Below are positions 26,762 through 36,172 of a DNA stretch of 64,000 nucleotides, one piece after another. The stretch is taken from positions 8,249 through 72,248 of the IMG/VR virus record IMGVR_UViG_3300034980_000520. One strand, given 5' to 3'. A program made the translations under genes and the position numbers. The notes beneath the pieces were generated by a model. The model had not been told where the DNA came from. It was given only the letters and a program-made list of their open reading frames with translations, and made no database searches. Origin of the DNA: a virus. Each line of letters begins with the position of its first letter. Positions within the stretch are counted from its first letter, which is position 1.

Positions 26762-29700
26762 ATGGCAGACAATGAATTTTTAAATTGGGAATTGCCTTCG
26801 GGAGATCTAACCGCGGCAGATATTGCAGCGTTCCAAGAGAACTATAAGCTAGCCTTCGAATACTATCTTGTAGAGGGACAAGCAGAACTAGCGGCAACGT
26901 CGGGTTATTTGACACCCGGCGATCTCGCCGGCGAATCCAGTCTCCAACCGATCATGTTCCCCAGTACAATTGAGGAGTTAGTACTCCAACTCGATGCGGA
27001 TCTTCGATATGAGCCATCAGCAGTCTGGGTTGCCGGAAATTTAAAAACAGCACCCAGCGATGCTACACGAATAAAAGCGGCGATGGAGGGATCCGAGAAT
27101 CTGGGATTCTTGGCGCTCAGGCTTTACAAAGAGTTTCTCGCCAAGAAACTCGTCGATGAGGCTAACGCCGCGACAGGCTACGATGCTGGGCGGGGCGAGA
27201 GCGAAACCGATCCAGAAGCAATTGAGTCAGATCCCGCTGCCGAAGACGATAGAGAGGAGCAGGAGGCACTTAGAGCCCAAGCCCTCAAAAAAGCAGAAGA
27301 TGAAGCAAGCCGCCAAGTTGCCCTCATCGACGACTTACAAACAGCTCATTTTGATGAGAAACACTTTGTACAATCAAATTTGGTAAATCTAATTGATTTA
27401 AAATTAAATGTTGTAGATTTTTATGAATCAAAAGCCTTCGCATATGTTGACGGAAAACCTAATGCATGCATTATGATGCAGGGAGATCCATTTAATTTTT
27501 TAAATCAGCTAACCACCTACCGTGACGATTTATATTTTAGGATGCCTTCGTCAGAAATAGCGAACTTGCAGCCTAAAATCAGACTTTACAAATCTGTTCC
27601 CGCGTACGCGACCACAGGGGAGAGCTTCAAGCTTAATGTTCCCATTCACTTTGATACCTCTTTTACTGGCGCCAATTTGCAATCTCTACTTGAGAATAAA
27701 AACAGGCGAGCAGTGGGAGTCGGCATCAAAAGCTTTTCAGTTGATTATACCGGTGTGGACGCATTTTCTATGCATAAATCTTTTGAAGCGACATTGAAGA
27801 TTTATGCTGCTAGTATGGGCGAGCTATTTAAGCCGCGCCATCACGCACCTACTGGAGTTATGTATCGTTATATTGATTTAGCGTTGATGGCAGATCCTTT
27901 GAAGCGCCCTTCGAAAACGCCCCTTAGTCCAAAGGCGATGGGCATCGCGGCAACTGATGTATCGGCGCTGGATTTTGAGATCAAAGCACAACTTGGAATT
28001 AGTCCGCTTAGTAATGTGGGTGCCGCAAAAGCCACTTATGACAGGGTACTGAAAAGAAATTCCGTCACCCTTACGATGAAGGCAGTCGAGCATTCTTTTA
28101 AATTCGTTCAGGCGAATGGAGCAGTCGAGCTAACTATTAAATATATGCCCTACGTAGAAAAAAGATTTGCTGGCTCCGATTACAATGTTCTTAGCGATCG
28201 AGAGTCTCTTAAATATAAACTGAAGCAAGAATTACATGCCAAGATCGCCGAAGAAACATGTGATGCGAAAGTTGACGAAAAGCAGATTAAAGCGCGCATT
28301 GAAGAAGAAAGAATGATTAATACCACGGCTGCAGCCAACTTAATAAAAGAAATATCATGCGCATCCAAAATTCGATATTTGCCCCTTGATGCCCAAATCG
28401 TTCAGGACTTTATGGATCTCGGGCCTAAGCTAGATTGGGGGAAAACGATTAAGTTGGCGCCATATGCGGCATTTGTTGGAAAGGAGGGTAACCAAGAAGC
28501 TTTAAAAAAAGATATTGCAAAAGCTGCCACCAACACGAGCAAGAAATTCCGCGGCGCCCTTCAGACAGGCTTTACTACTCCCCTCACGTCCTCTGCAAGA
28601 TTTATCTATTTGGGCGACTTGGTGGATTTACTTATGGCTAAGATGACAAAAGCAAATTCTGCAGGAGAAATGGGAATGCTTATTTTCGAACTTCTAGAAA
28701 AAGATCCCGACATCAAAAAGTTTAACGCGTCCCACCCACTCGATATTGAATCCTTAATAGAGCGCTTCGCGCAATCGAGCCAAGATTTTGGCAGATTGAG
28801 GGTGGTCCTCGGCCCTATTGAGATTGTTGATCCCGGAAGCCCTAGTGAAAATATTCGGGTTGTGAGTATAGGCGATTTGCCAATTCCAGTTAGTCTTTTG
28901 TTGGAATATATGGTAAAAATGGCAGGCGAGAAAAGCACTAAACACTTTGATTTTATAACATTCATCACACATCTGATTAAAACTACAATTAGCAACTGGC
29001 TAAATGATGATACAGCGTTTGACGGAACCTTGAGTCAGCGTGTGAGAATTCAATCAACAACGATCACGGCTTTTGACGGCCAGTATGAAAAGGACGATTT
29101 GACACAGGAGCTAGTAGCGCTCAACGCCAAATTCAAACGCGCCGATCCCAGCCGCGTTGCTGGCAGCGCCGCAGGCACCCCAGCGGTTGGAGACGTCAAA
29201 AGAATACATGCGCATCGCTTATACATCGACGATATGGCAAAACCAGCGCTCGACACTGCGCCCGGAAAAGATGTAGAAGATATTGATGTTCGAACAGAAA
29301 CGACATATTTGGTATTCTACAGCACCGCAGCGTGCCCCATTGAAGCTACCGCCGCAGGCCGGGCTGAGCGCTCAGTCCATAGCTATATGGTGGGGAAAGA
29401 TCGTGGAATTATTAAGGATATCCAATTAGACGTTTACAAAGATGACGGGGGAATGAAGGCTTTACGATATTCACAGTCCAACAACGCTGGATTGTCGCAG
29501 CTGCATGAAATTTATAATGTTAATATCAAGACTTATGCCAACTTAAATATGTGGCCCGGGACGACAATATATGTAGATCCACGTGGCTGGGTCCCGGATT
29601 TGGATCTCAAGACGAGGGGGATATATGGAACTGTTGATGCCGTTGATGATTTGGGCCTAGGCGGATATTATAATGTCATAAAGTGTGGGCATGTGTTCGA

Positions 29701-30013
29701 AAGGGGGAATTTTGAAACTTCCATATTTGCCCAATGGTTCTCGAATGGCGGCACCGGCCCCAAGCTGGAAGATGCTGAGCGCTCATCACCTGCCGAGGCT
29801 CCCGTTACTAAATGCGGTACCGGCGCCACAACACAGCCGCAAGGGACAGATAAGAAAGAACCCATGGGCCCGTGCGAAGGCAACTCCGCTCACCGTCTCC
29901 GTGCCCTAAAGGGAGCATACGGCATTCAGCAAGTGGCAAGACGTTTACTAGTCGATGCCGGAGACTTCGGACAGCATCCTTCTCCCACCACCAACGACAC
30001 CGAGACTAACTAA
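26762..30013 (+). CDS. Large baseplate hub-like protein (gp27/gpD-like)
   Basis: 1083 aa; C-terminal NLNMWPGTTIYVDP...GGYYNVIKCGHVF..GNFETSI hub-fold pattern; synteny. Confidence 0.55.
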   Translation: MADNEFLNWELPSGDLTAADIAAFQENYKLAFEYYLVEGQAELAATSGYLTPGDLAGESSLQPIMFPSTIEELVLQLDADLRYEPSAVWVAGNLKTAPSDATRIKAAMEGSENLGFLALRLYKEFLAKKLVDEANAATGYDAGRGESETDPEAIESDPAAEDDREEQEALRAQALKKAEDEASRQVALIDDLQTAHFDEKHFVQSNLVNLIDLKLNVVDFYESKAFAYVDGKPNACIMMQGDPFNFLNQLTTYRDDLYFRMPSSEIANLQPKIRLYKSVPAYATTGESFKLNVPIHFDTSFTGANLQSLLENKNRRAVGVGIKSFSVDYTGVDAFSMHKSFEATLKIYAASMGELFKPRHHAPTGVMYRYIDLALMADPLKRPSKTPLSPKAMGIAATDVSALDFEIKAQLGISPLSNVGAAKATYDRVLKRNSVTLTMKAVEHSFKFVQANGAVELTIKYMPYVEKRFAGSDYNVLSDRESLKYKLKQELHAKIAEETCDAKVDEKQIKARIEEERMINTTAAANLIKEISCASKIRYLPLDAQIVQDFMDLGPKLDWGKTIKLAPYAAFVGKEGNQEALKKDIAKAATNTSKKFRGALQTGFTTPLTSSARFIYLGDLVDLLMAKMTKANSAGEMGMLIFELLEKDPDIKKFNASHPLDIESLIERFAQSSQDFGRLRVVLGPIEIVDPGSPSENIRVVSIGDLPIPVSLLLEYMVKMAGEKSTKHFDFITFITHLIKTTISNWLNDDTAFDGTLSQRVRIQSTTITAFDGQYEKDDLTQELVALNAKFKRADPSRVAGSAAGTPAVGDVKRIHAHRLYIDDMAKPALDTAPGKDVEDIDVRTETTYLVFYSTAACPIEATAAGRAERSVHSYMVGKDRGIIKDIQLDVYKDDGGMKALRYSQSNNAGLSQLHEIYNVNIKTYANLNMWPGTTIYVDPRGWVPDLDLKTRGIYGTVDAVDDLGLGGYYNVIKCGHVFERGNFETSIFAQWFSNGGTGPKLEDAERSSPAEAPVTKCGTGATTQPQGTDKKEPMGPCEGNSAHRLRALKGAYGIQQVARRLLVDAGDFGQHPSPTTNDTETN

Positions 30014-30027
30014 AATAAGGCTTTAAC

Positions 30028-31221
30028 ATGACATATTTTTTTCGAGAAGACAATAGCGAAAGCACCATAGACTTATATAATAAGAAGAGAATATACGATA
30101 GTATAATCCGCGGCACTTCTCCAAATCTTGTTAATTTTCAATTTGCCGAAAAGGCACTTTATGGGAGAGTAGATCGCCTCTACCGCCCAATGGTACTTAC
30201 TAACTATATACCGCTCCAACTAAAGGGCTTCGGCGCAGAAGGAACACCTGCCCAATCGGCACGTGCCTTAAACTTTGTGGCAGACGCTTTCGCTGATTTG
30301 AGAAATCAGTTTTTAAAAAAGAGGCTGACAAATGAAATCTCCCCAAATGAAGATTTTCTGAGTAGCCCTGTTGTTTATAAAGCCTATGTGAATCCCAAGA
30401 AAACTTACGATGAATATATTCAGATATATTTAGAGGCATTTCAAGATGTTGTCCGCACCAAAAGGCTGACATTCGGCAATTTTCAAGAATTTATAGACAC
30501 GATCATGCCATTTTTAATGAAAACGATTCGCAAAAAGCCATTCACCTATACTGCATTCGTCAAGAGTACATTTTGCCCAATCAACGCGTCCGGACTCGTG
30601 GTAGAGATAGCGGATATTGATCCCGTGAATGATGTAGAAAAGGTGAAGAAGTTCATCAAGAGCCCCAATTGGCAGTTTTATTTAACAGCATGCGGTAATT
30701 TTGGCTTCATGGTAGATCGCAACACCCCTTGGCGCCTCGTTGCTGACATCGGTTCGGCAAACATGCTACAGTATGCTGAGCGCTATGGAGTTTATTCGAC
30801 TGATGGGGTTTTAGTAGCAGCATATGGCCGGGCATATAAAAACTACTTGACAACCTTTCGCTCTATATTGTATAATATGTACATGAAACTAAAGCGCCCT
30901 CGATATTCTCGCTATGTTGAAGTTGATTCATTGGGAGGAAAGGTTGTGACAGTAACCCCGAAGCGATACAGGCCAGAAGACTATTTATTAGAATTTCCGG
31001 ACTCTTACTTTTTAAGTCTCTATTGTAAAATTAGAATGGTGGAGGAGGAGTCGTCTTTTTCGGAAGCGCAGAAGTACCAATTAATAGACAACACTATCGA
31101 ATTGGCACAGGTTAATCCGACTAGGGCGTTAGATACATTTGAAATTATTGTGAATAAAACGTTTGACTATAACGGCTCATTGAGTTACATTAAGGATACA
31201 TTGGCAAAGCTGAGAGAGTAA
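30028..31221 (+). CDS. Hypothetical protein
   Basis: 397-aa ORF; YGRVD and FGFMVDRNTPWRLVAD conserved-looking blocks. Confidence 0.7.
   Translation: MTYFFREDNSESTIDLYNKKRIYDSIIRGTSPNLVNFQFAEKALYGRVDRLYRPMVLTNYIPLQLKGFGAEGTPAQSARALNFVADAFADLRNQFLKKRLTNEISPNEDFLSSPVVYKAYVNPKKTYDEYIQIYLEAFQDVVRTKRLTFGNFQEFIDTIMPFLMKTIRKKPFTYTAFVKSTFCPINASGLVVEIADIDPVNDVEKVKKFIKSPNWQFYLTACGNFGFMVDRNTPWRLVADIGSANMLQYAERYGVYSTDGVLVAAYGRAYKNYLTTFRSILYNMYMKLKRPRYSRYVEVDSLGGKVVTVTPKRYRPEDYLLEFPDSYFLSLYCKIRMVEEESSFSEAQKYQLIDNTIELAQVNPTRALDTFEIIVNKTFDYNGSLSYIKDTLAKLRE
31163..31191 (+). promoter_or_regulatory. sigma70-type promoter upstream of the mini-PolA
   Basis: TTGACT-17-TACATT inside the 3' end of the preceding gene. 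Confidence 0.55.
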
Positions 31222-32423
31222 TGTATTTTCAATCTATTGATGATAAAGAGGAATGTCTAGGCATATACCACGATGGTGTTTTGGAATTTGATAAAGACAG
31301 AATGCCCACGGATTTTTCCGGAATGAGAACGTGGAAATATTCAGGATCTATTATAAATAAAGATGTAGAATATGGTTGGCTATGGGCATCGGGTAGCAAC
31401 CTAAAGGAAATGTGCCCACCTGAACTACAGTCAGAATTGTCGCGCATGCAAAAGAAGATGTCGGCATTTAAAAAATCATTTGAGATCGCCAAAATCGATT
31501 TTCGTCAACATTGCTTTTTTGATCTGGTACCGCACGATTTTTTGACTGCTTTTTTAGAAGTTAAAAATAAGATAACTCAGCATGTATTTGAAACAACAGA
31601 AAAGCCTGTTATCTACGATCACCTGTGCCAATTGGAAAAACTGTTGTATAAGATAAGGTATCAAGAGATGAACATTGACCCTACCGACTGTCGACACCTT
31701 TTCATCAAGTCTGCCCACCGATCCCGAGCAAACAAAATTATGGGCGGCTCTCGGTTCATCGATTACAACATTTTTGGAACAAAAACAGGACGATTAGCAA
31801 CGTATCCGGGATCTCTCCCTCTACTGACGATGCAGAAAGAATTGCGTGCTTTCATTAAACCACGCAACGATTGGTTTATTTCTCTTGACTATAATGCAGC
31901 AGAGGCGCGAACTGTAATCGGATTACTTGGAAAGTCACAACCAACGGAAGATGTGCACGAATGGCATATGGATACTATTTTTAAGAACACGGAAATCTCC
32001 ACCCGAGAAGCTGCAAAAACCGCTTTTTTCGCGTGGCTGTATAATCCTGCATCTAGTCAATTCACCCAACAGCCATACGAGAGAGATGAATTGCTGGAAA
32101 AGTTTTATAAAAATGGATGCATAGAAACTCTTTTCGGAAGATCGATAGAAGTAGATGAATTTAAAGCACTTAACTACCTGATTCAAAGCACGACGGCAGA
32201 TTTAGTGAATGAGCGCGCCGTTGCATTAGACAGCTTCCTAGAAGGCACGAAAAGCTTTGTGTCGCACATCGTGCACGATGAGGTGGTTTTGGATATGCAT
32301 GACGAGGATCGTCAATTGTTGCCTGAAATTAAAGATATCTTTGCGCAAAACCGTTTGGCGAAATTTGAGGTTAACTTTAAAGCGGGTAAAGATTATTATA
32401 ACTTAGAAAGGTTGAACGTATGA
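31221..32423 (+). CDS. Compact family-A DNA polymerase (polymerase domain only)
   Basis: TKTGRL, motif A SLDYNAAEAR, motif B REAAKTAFFAWLY, NYLIQST, motif C IVHDE. Confidence 0.8.
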   Translation: MYFQSIDDKEECLGIYHDGVLEFDKDRMPTDFSGMRTWKYSGSIINKDVEYGWLWASGSNLKEMCPPELQSELSRMQKKMSAFKKSFEIAKIDFRQHCFFDLVPHDFLTAFLEVKNKITQHVFETTEKPVIYDHLCQLEKLLYKIRYQEMNIDPTDCRHLFIKSAHRSRANKIMGGSRFIDYNIFGTKTGRLATYPGSLPLLTMQKELRAFIKPRNDWFISLDYNAAEARTVIGLLGKSQPTEDVHEWHMDTIFKNTEISTREAAKTAFFAWLYNPASSQFTQQPYERDELLEKFYKNGCIETLFGRSIEVDEFKALNYLIQSTTADLVNERAVALDSFLEGTKSFVSHIVHDEVVLDMHDEDRQLLPEIKDIFAQNRLAKFEVNFKAGKDYYNLERLNV

Positions 32424-33283
32424 TATCGATCGTGGGAATAGGTAATGCCGGCTCTGCCATCGCGGAGAAGTTTAAGTCGCAAAAGAACAACTATAAGGTG
32501 TATCAGCTAAATAGCAAATGTGGTAAATCCAAATCTTGCCATAAACTGAAAGAATTTGACACACCAGAAGAATACGAGAACAGCATACCGAATCTTAAAA
32601 CATTCTTTAAAGATATCACCGACAAGGTACAAGTATTTGTGGTGGGCTCCTCCAAAAGCTCCGGCTATGCTTTGGGTATCTTGGAGCAAATAAAAGATAA
32701 AAATTTAGAGATATTCTATATAAAGCCTGATACCGAGTTGCTGACAGGTATTCCCAAGCTGTTAGAAAACATGACATATGGAATACTACAAGAATATGCC
32801 CGCTCAGCTATGTTTACATCGCTGACAGTTTTTTCGAATTACGAGATTGAAAAAAATCTGCCCAATATATCAATTAAAAATTATTTTGATACCCTTAATC
32901 AAACCATTTTTTCTTCCGTTCATTATCTCAATTTTTTTACGCACACGGAGCCGGAAATAGGACAAGTTTCGCGCCCCGCTCCGATTAACAGGATCCGCAG
33001 TGTTGGGATGCTTAATTTAAAAGATATGTCAGAAAAATGGCTCTTTAACCTTGACAGCCCGCGTGAAACATGCTATTATATATGTATAAATCAGGATAGA
33101 TTAGAAAAAGAATCGGGCTTGCATAAACAGTTGGTAGATATGCTCAAGGAGAAGCCTCGAAATGCTTACAGAAAGATCTCATATGGTATATGGGAGACAA
33201 ATTTACAAGACTTTGGGTTCTGCGTTGCCCACACTAACGCAATTCAACAACAAACTACCCTTGACAAGCTAGAGCAAGGGTGA
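32420..33283 (+). CDS. Divergent tubulin/FtsZ-like protein
   Basis: N-terminal IVGIGNAGSAIAE (T1 loop); the GGGTGSG signature appears replaced by GSSKSSG; KPDTE, FSN and F..LN positions compatible. Confidence 0.6.
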   Translation: MISIVGIGNAGSAIAEKFKSQKNNYKVYQLNSKCGKSKSCHKLKEFDTPEEYENSIPNLKTFFKDITDKVQVFVVGSSKSSGYALGILEQIKDKNLEIFYIKPDTELLTGIPKLLENMTYGILQEYARSAMFTSLTVFSNYEIEKNLPNISIKNYFDTLNQTIFSSVHYLNFFTHTEPEIGQVSRPAPINRIRSVGMLNLKDMSEKWLFNLDSPRETCYYICINQDRLEKESGLHKQLVDMLKEKPRNAYRKISYGIWETNLQDFGFCVAHTNAIQQQTTLDKLEQG

Positions 33284-33289
33284 TACATT
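33261..33289 (+). promoter_or_regulatory. sigma70 promoter for the SSB-recA unit
   Basis: TTGACA-17-TACATT with an extended TG; a hairpin at about 33292-33312 follows. Confidence 0.65.
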
Positions 33290-33343
33290 AGATATCGAGG
33301 AAAGCTCGGTATACTTTACAACAACAAATAGGAGAAAAAACTA

Positions 33344-34111
33344 ATGTCAATCAATATGGAACTAATGAAGAAGAAGCTCGCATCTCTGCGTGGAGAAGGC
33401 GGCAACGAAAACTCAGTGTGGTTTAAGCCACAAGAGGGCGAACAAGTGGTTCGCATCGTCCCCACTGCAGATGGGGATCCACTTAAGGAAATGTTTTTCC
33501 ACTACAATGTGGGTGATCACAAGGGGGGCATTGTATGTCCTAAACGAAACTTTGGCGATCGTTGCCCCGTCTGCGAATTTGCATCCTCAGTATGGAAAGA
33601 GGCTGTAGCAACAAATGACGAAGAAGCGAAGAAGCTTGCAAAGTCATTGTTTGTACGTGCGCGATACTTCTCCCCCGTAGTACTTCGGGGATCAGAAGAG
33701 GAAGGAATTAAATTCTACGGCTACGGAAAGCGCGCCTACGAACTTCTTTTGGGATACATTTTGGATCCCGAATACGGTGACATCACCGACAAACTGGAAG
33801 GTACCGATATTACCTTAGTGTATACTAAGCCCACATCCCCCGGTGCCTATCCACAAACAAGCCTTAAGATGAGAAGAAATACTTCGACTCTACTTGAGGA
33901 TCAAGACGCTATCCCCGCCCTCCTTGATCGTATGCCCGATTTTGATAGCCTCTTTGAGCGACTTTCCCCCGAGGAAATAGACGCGATTCTTGATGAGCAA
34001 CTTGCTGGTGATCTTAGTGCGGAAACACGATCATCGGAAACTGGGCGTTATAATGTTGACACTCAAAACCCAGTTGATAAGGCATTTGATGAGCTGATGG
34101 CCACCAAGTAG
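33344..34111 (+). CDS. Single-stranded DNA-binding protein (T4 gp32-like)
   Basis: WFKP..G..VVRIVP, H..CPK..GDRCPVCE Zn site, YGDITD..EGTDI, acidic tail DKAFDELM. Confidence 0.85.
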   Translation: MSINMELMKKKLASLRGEGGNENSVWFKPQEGEQVVRIVPTADGDPLKEMFFHYNVGDHKGGIVCPKRNFGDRCPVCEFASSVWKEAVATNDEEAKKLAKSLFVRARYFSPVVLRGSEEEGIKFYGYGKRAYELLLGYILDPEYGDITDKLEGTDITLVYTKPTSPGAYPQTSLKMRRNTSTLLEDQDAIPALLDRMPDFDSLFERLSPEEIDAILDEQLAGDLSAETRSSETGRYNVDTQNPVDKAFDELMATK

Positions 34112-34122
34112 CGGGCTTGTTT

Positions 34123-34160
34123 AAGCCGCTGGCAGATCGGCTTTAAGTAAATAGTCTGCC
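34123..34160 (+). promoter_or_regulatory. H-type RNA pseudoknot, copy 1
   Basis: S1 AAGCCG/CGGCTT, S2 GGCAGAT/GTCTGCC, L1 2 nt, L2 0 nt, A-rich L3. Confidence 0.65.
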
Positions 34161-34191
34161 GCAATTTTCTATAAACAAAAAGGAGAATGTT

Positions 34192-34434
34192 ATGGAATGG
34201 TTAAAATCCCTATGGGCTAAATGGAAGGTTCAAATTAGCGTAGCAGGAGGCGTCCTGGTGATTGCCACCGCCTACGGAACCTGCAGCGTAGATCCCACTA
34301 CGGTTTCTGACAATAGTAGCACAGATATCAACACGACTGAGACAGTCGAGGTATCAGCCACCACAGAGACAGTTGGAGAGACAACAACCACGGGTGATAC
34401 CACAGGTACCACCACCACAACTACAGGCGAGTAG
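34192..34434 (+). CDS. Small membrane-anchored Thr-rich protein
   Basis: SD AGGAG; amphipathic plus TM N-terminus, AYGTC, Thr/Glu-rich tail. Confidence 0.75.
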   Translation: MEWLKSLWAKWKVQISVAGGVLVIATAYGTCSVDPTTVSDNSSTDINTTETVEVSATTETVGETTTTGDTTGTTTTTTGE

Positions 34435-34440
34435 TAAAAA

Positions 34441-34470
34441 AGCCGCTGGCAGACCGGTAAAAAGTCTGCC
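34441..34470 (+). promoter_or_regulatory. H-type RNA pseudoknot, copy 2 (recA leader)
   Basis: S1 GCCG/CGGT, S2 GGCAGAC/GTCTGCC, L3 AAAAA; direct repeat of copy 1. Confidence 0.65.
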
Positions 34471-34496
34471 GCCATCACAAGCTTTAAGGAGGGCAC

Positions 34497-35648
34497 ATGG
34501 CAAAGAAAGTTACGGCTAAAGCAGGACGTGTAGCAATGCAGGATCTGATGAAATTAGTCAATAAAAAAGCCGGCAGAAATGTCGCACACGATTTAACGGG
34601 AGATAATCCCACGTCCGTCAAGGAATGGATCCCAACAGGATCAAGATGGCTTGATTCTATTATCTGCAAGGGGTACGTCGCCGGCATCCCAGTAGGCAAG
34701 GTTACAGAGATCGCCGGGTTGGAATCAACAGGCAAATCTTACATGGCTGCGCAGATCGCAGCAAACGCCCAGAAACAGGGCAAGCTTGTCGTTTACTTCG
34801 ATTCTGAGTCTGCCATCGATCCAACCTTCTTAGAGCGCACAGGGTGCGATTTAGGGCGTTTAATGTACGTTCAGGCGTCCTCTGTGGAGTTTGTGCTGGA
34901 GACGATCGAAGAACTTCTCGGTGCGTCCGATGACAAGCTCGTATTTATCTGGGATTCGTTGGCGTTTACGCCATCTGTGTCTGATGTCGAAGGAGACTTC
35001 AATCCCCAGTCGTCAATGGCGGTTAAGGCACGTATTCTGGCTAAGGGAATGTCTAAGCTGGTAATCCCCGTTGCTGATAGACAGGCGACACTGATCGTTC
35101 TGAATCAGCTTAAAACAAACATCCCGCAAGGACCGAACGCTAGAATTGTTGCGATGACAACACCATACACAACACCCGGCGGGAAGGCAATGCATTATTC
35201 ATATTCATTGCGCATATGGCTAACAGGGCGAAAGGCAAAGTCTTCCTTTATTGAAGACGAGAAGGGCTTTCGAATCGGATCAGAGGTTAAGGTAAAACTT
35301 GAGAAATCTCGCTTCGGCACTCAAGGTAGATCGTGCGCATTCCGCATTCTATGGGGCACCGAAGAGATTGGTATCCGAGACGAGGAAAGCTGGTTTGACG
35401 CTATTAAGGGCTCCGAGAGTCTTACCTCTGCCGGAGCATGGTATACGCTAGCTACTCCAGATGGATACACCAAGAAATTTCAGCCATCTAAGTGGACTGA
35501 CTTGATTACATCTGATGAAGAGTTCCGCGGAAAGGTTATTCAAATAATGGATGAAGAGATCGTTCAAAAGTTTGAGAAAAGAGAAGGCGATGCAGCCAGT
35601 TTTTATGAAGATCCGGAAGACTTGACAGTCCCCGTAACTTCAAAATAA
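34497..35648 (+). CDS. recA: RecA/UvsX recombinase
   Basis: IPTGS..LD, Walker A GLESTGKS, YFDSESA, WDSLA, LNQL, TPGGKA. Confidence 0.93.
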   Translation: MAKKVTAKAGRVAMQDLMKLVNKKAGRNVAHDLTGDNPTSVKEWIPTGSRWLDSIICKGYVAGIPVGKVTEIAGLESTGKSYMAAQIAANAQKQGKLVVYFDSESAIDPTFLERTGCDLGRLMYVQASSVEFVLETIEELLGASDDKLVFIWDSLAFTPSVSDVEGDFNPQSSMAVKARILAKGMSKLVIPVADRQATLIVLNQLKTNIPQGPNARIVAMTTPYTTPGGKAMHYSYSLRIWLTGRKAKSSFIEDEKGFRIGSEVKVKLEKSRFGTQGRSCAFRILWGTEEIGIRDEESWFDAIKGSESLTSAGAWYTLATPDGYTKKFQPSKWTDLITSDEEFRGKVIQIMDEEIVQKFEKREGDAASFYEDPEDLTVPVTSK

Positions 35649-35651
35649 ACG

Positions 35652-35680
35652 TTGACATGTCTTTGGTGATAGGTTATAAT
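35652..35680 (+). promoter_or_regulatory. sigma70 consensus promoter
   Basis: TTGACA-17-TATAAT, perfect consensus. Confidence 0.85.
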
Positions 35681-35707
35681 AAGATATAAGCTTGTAGGAG
35701 GGCTATT

Positions 35708-36172
35708 ATGAATATATTTGTACTGGATAGGGATCCGGTAATTGCAGCCACAATGATGTGCGACAAACACGTGGTAAAGATGATAGTAGAAACTGCGCAG
35801 ATGCTGTGTACGATTGCTCGTAATATGGGCTATGATGGCGCGCCCTACCGTTCAACCCACAAGAATCACCCTTGCACCGTCTGGGCTGCCAAGACATCTT
35901 CAAACTGGAGTTGGCTGCTACGTCATGGATTTGCTTTGTGTGATGAATATACAAAGAGATATGGTAAAAATCATAAATCTAAAAAAGTTATAGAGTGGTG
36001 TAGCCAAATGCCGACTCGCCCCAAGCCGGGACCACTGACACCGTTCGCCCAAGCTATGCCCGAACAATACAGAAACGAGTGTGTTGTGACGGCTTACCGC
36101 GATTATTACGTGGGAGACAAATCTTCTTTCGCAACATGGAAAACACAAACGCCAAACTGGTGGAGAGTATAA
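35708..36172 (+). CDS. Pyrimidine-dimer DNA glycosylase/endonuclease V family protein
   Basis: MNIFVLD.DP, CDKHVVKMIVETAQML, THKNHPC, EYTKRYGKNH, QAMP, AYRDYY. Confidence 0.8.
   Translation: MNIFVLDRDPVIAATMMCDKHVVKMIVETAQMLCTIARNMGYDGAPYRSTHKNHPCTVWAAKTSSNWSWLLRHGFALCDEYTKRYGKNHKSKKVIEWCSQMPTRPKPGPLTPFAQAMPEQYRNECVVTAYRDYYVGDKSSFATWKTQTPNWWRV

Noticed and set aside
34109-34470. Stop-codon readthrough stimulated by the pseudoknots (MuLV-like)
   Set aside because: Copy 2 follows a double stop TAG TAA, and the downstream genes have their own SD and start.
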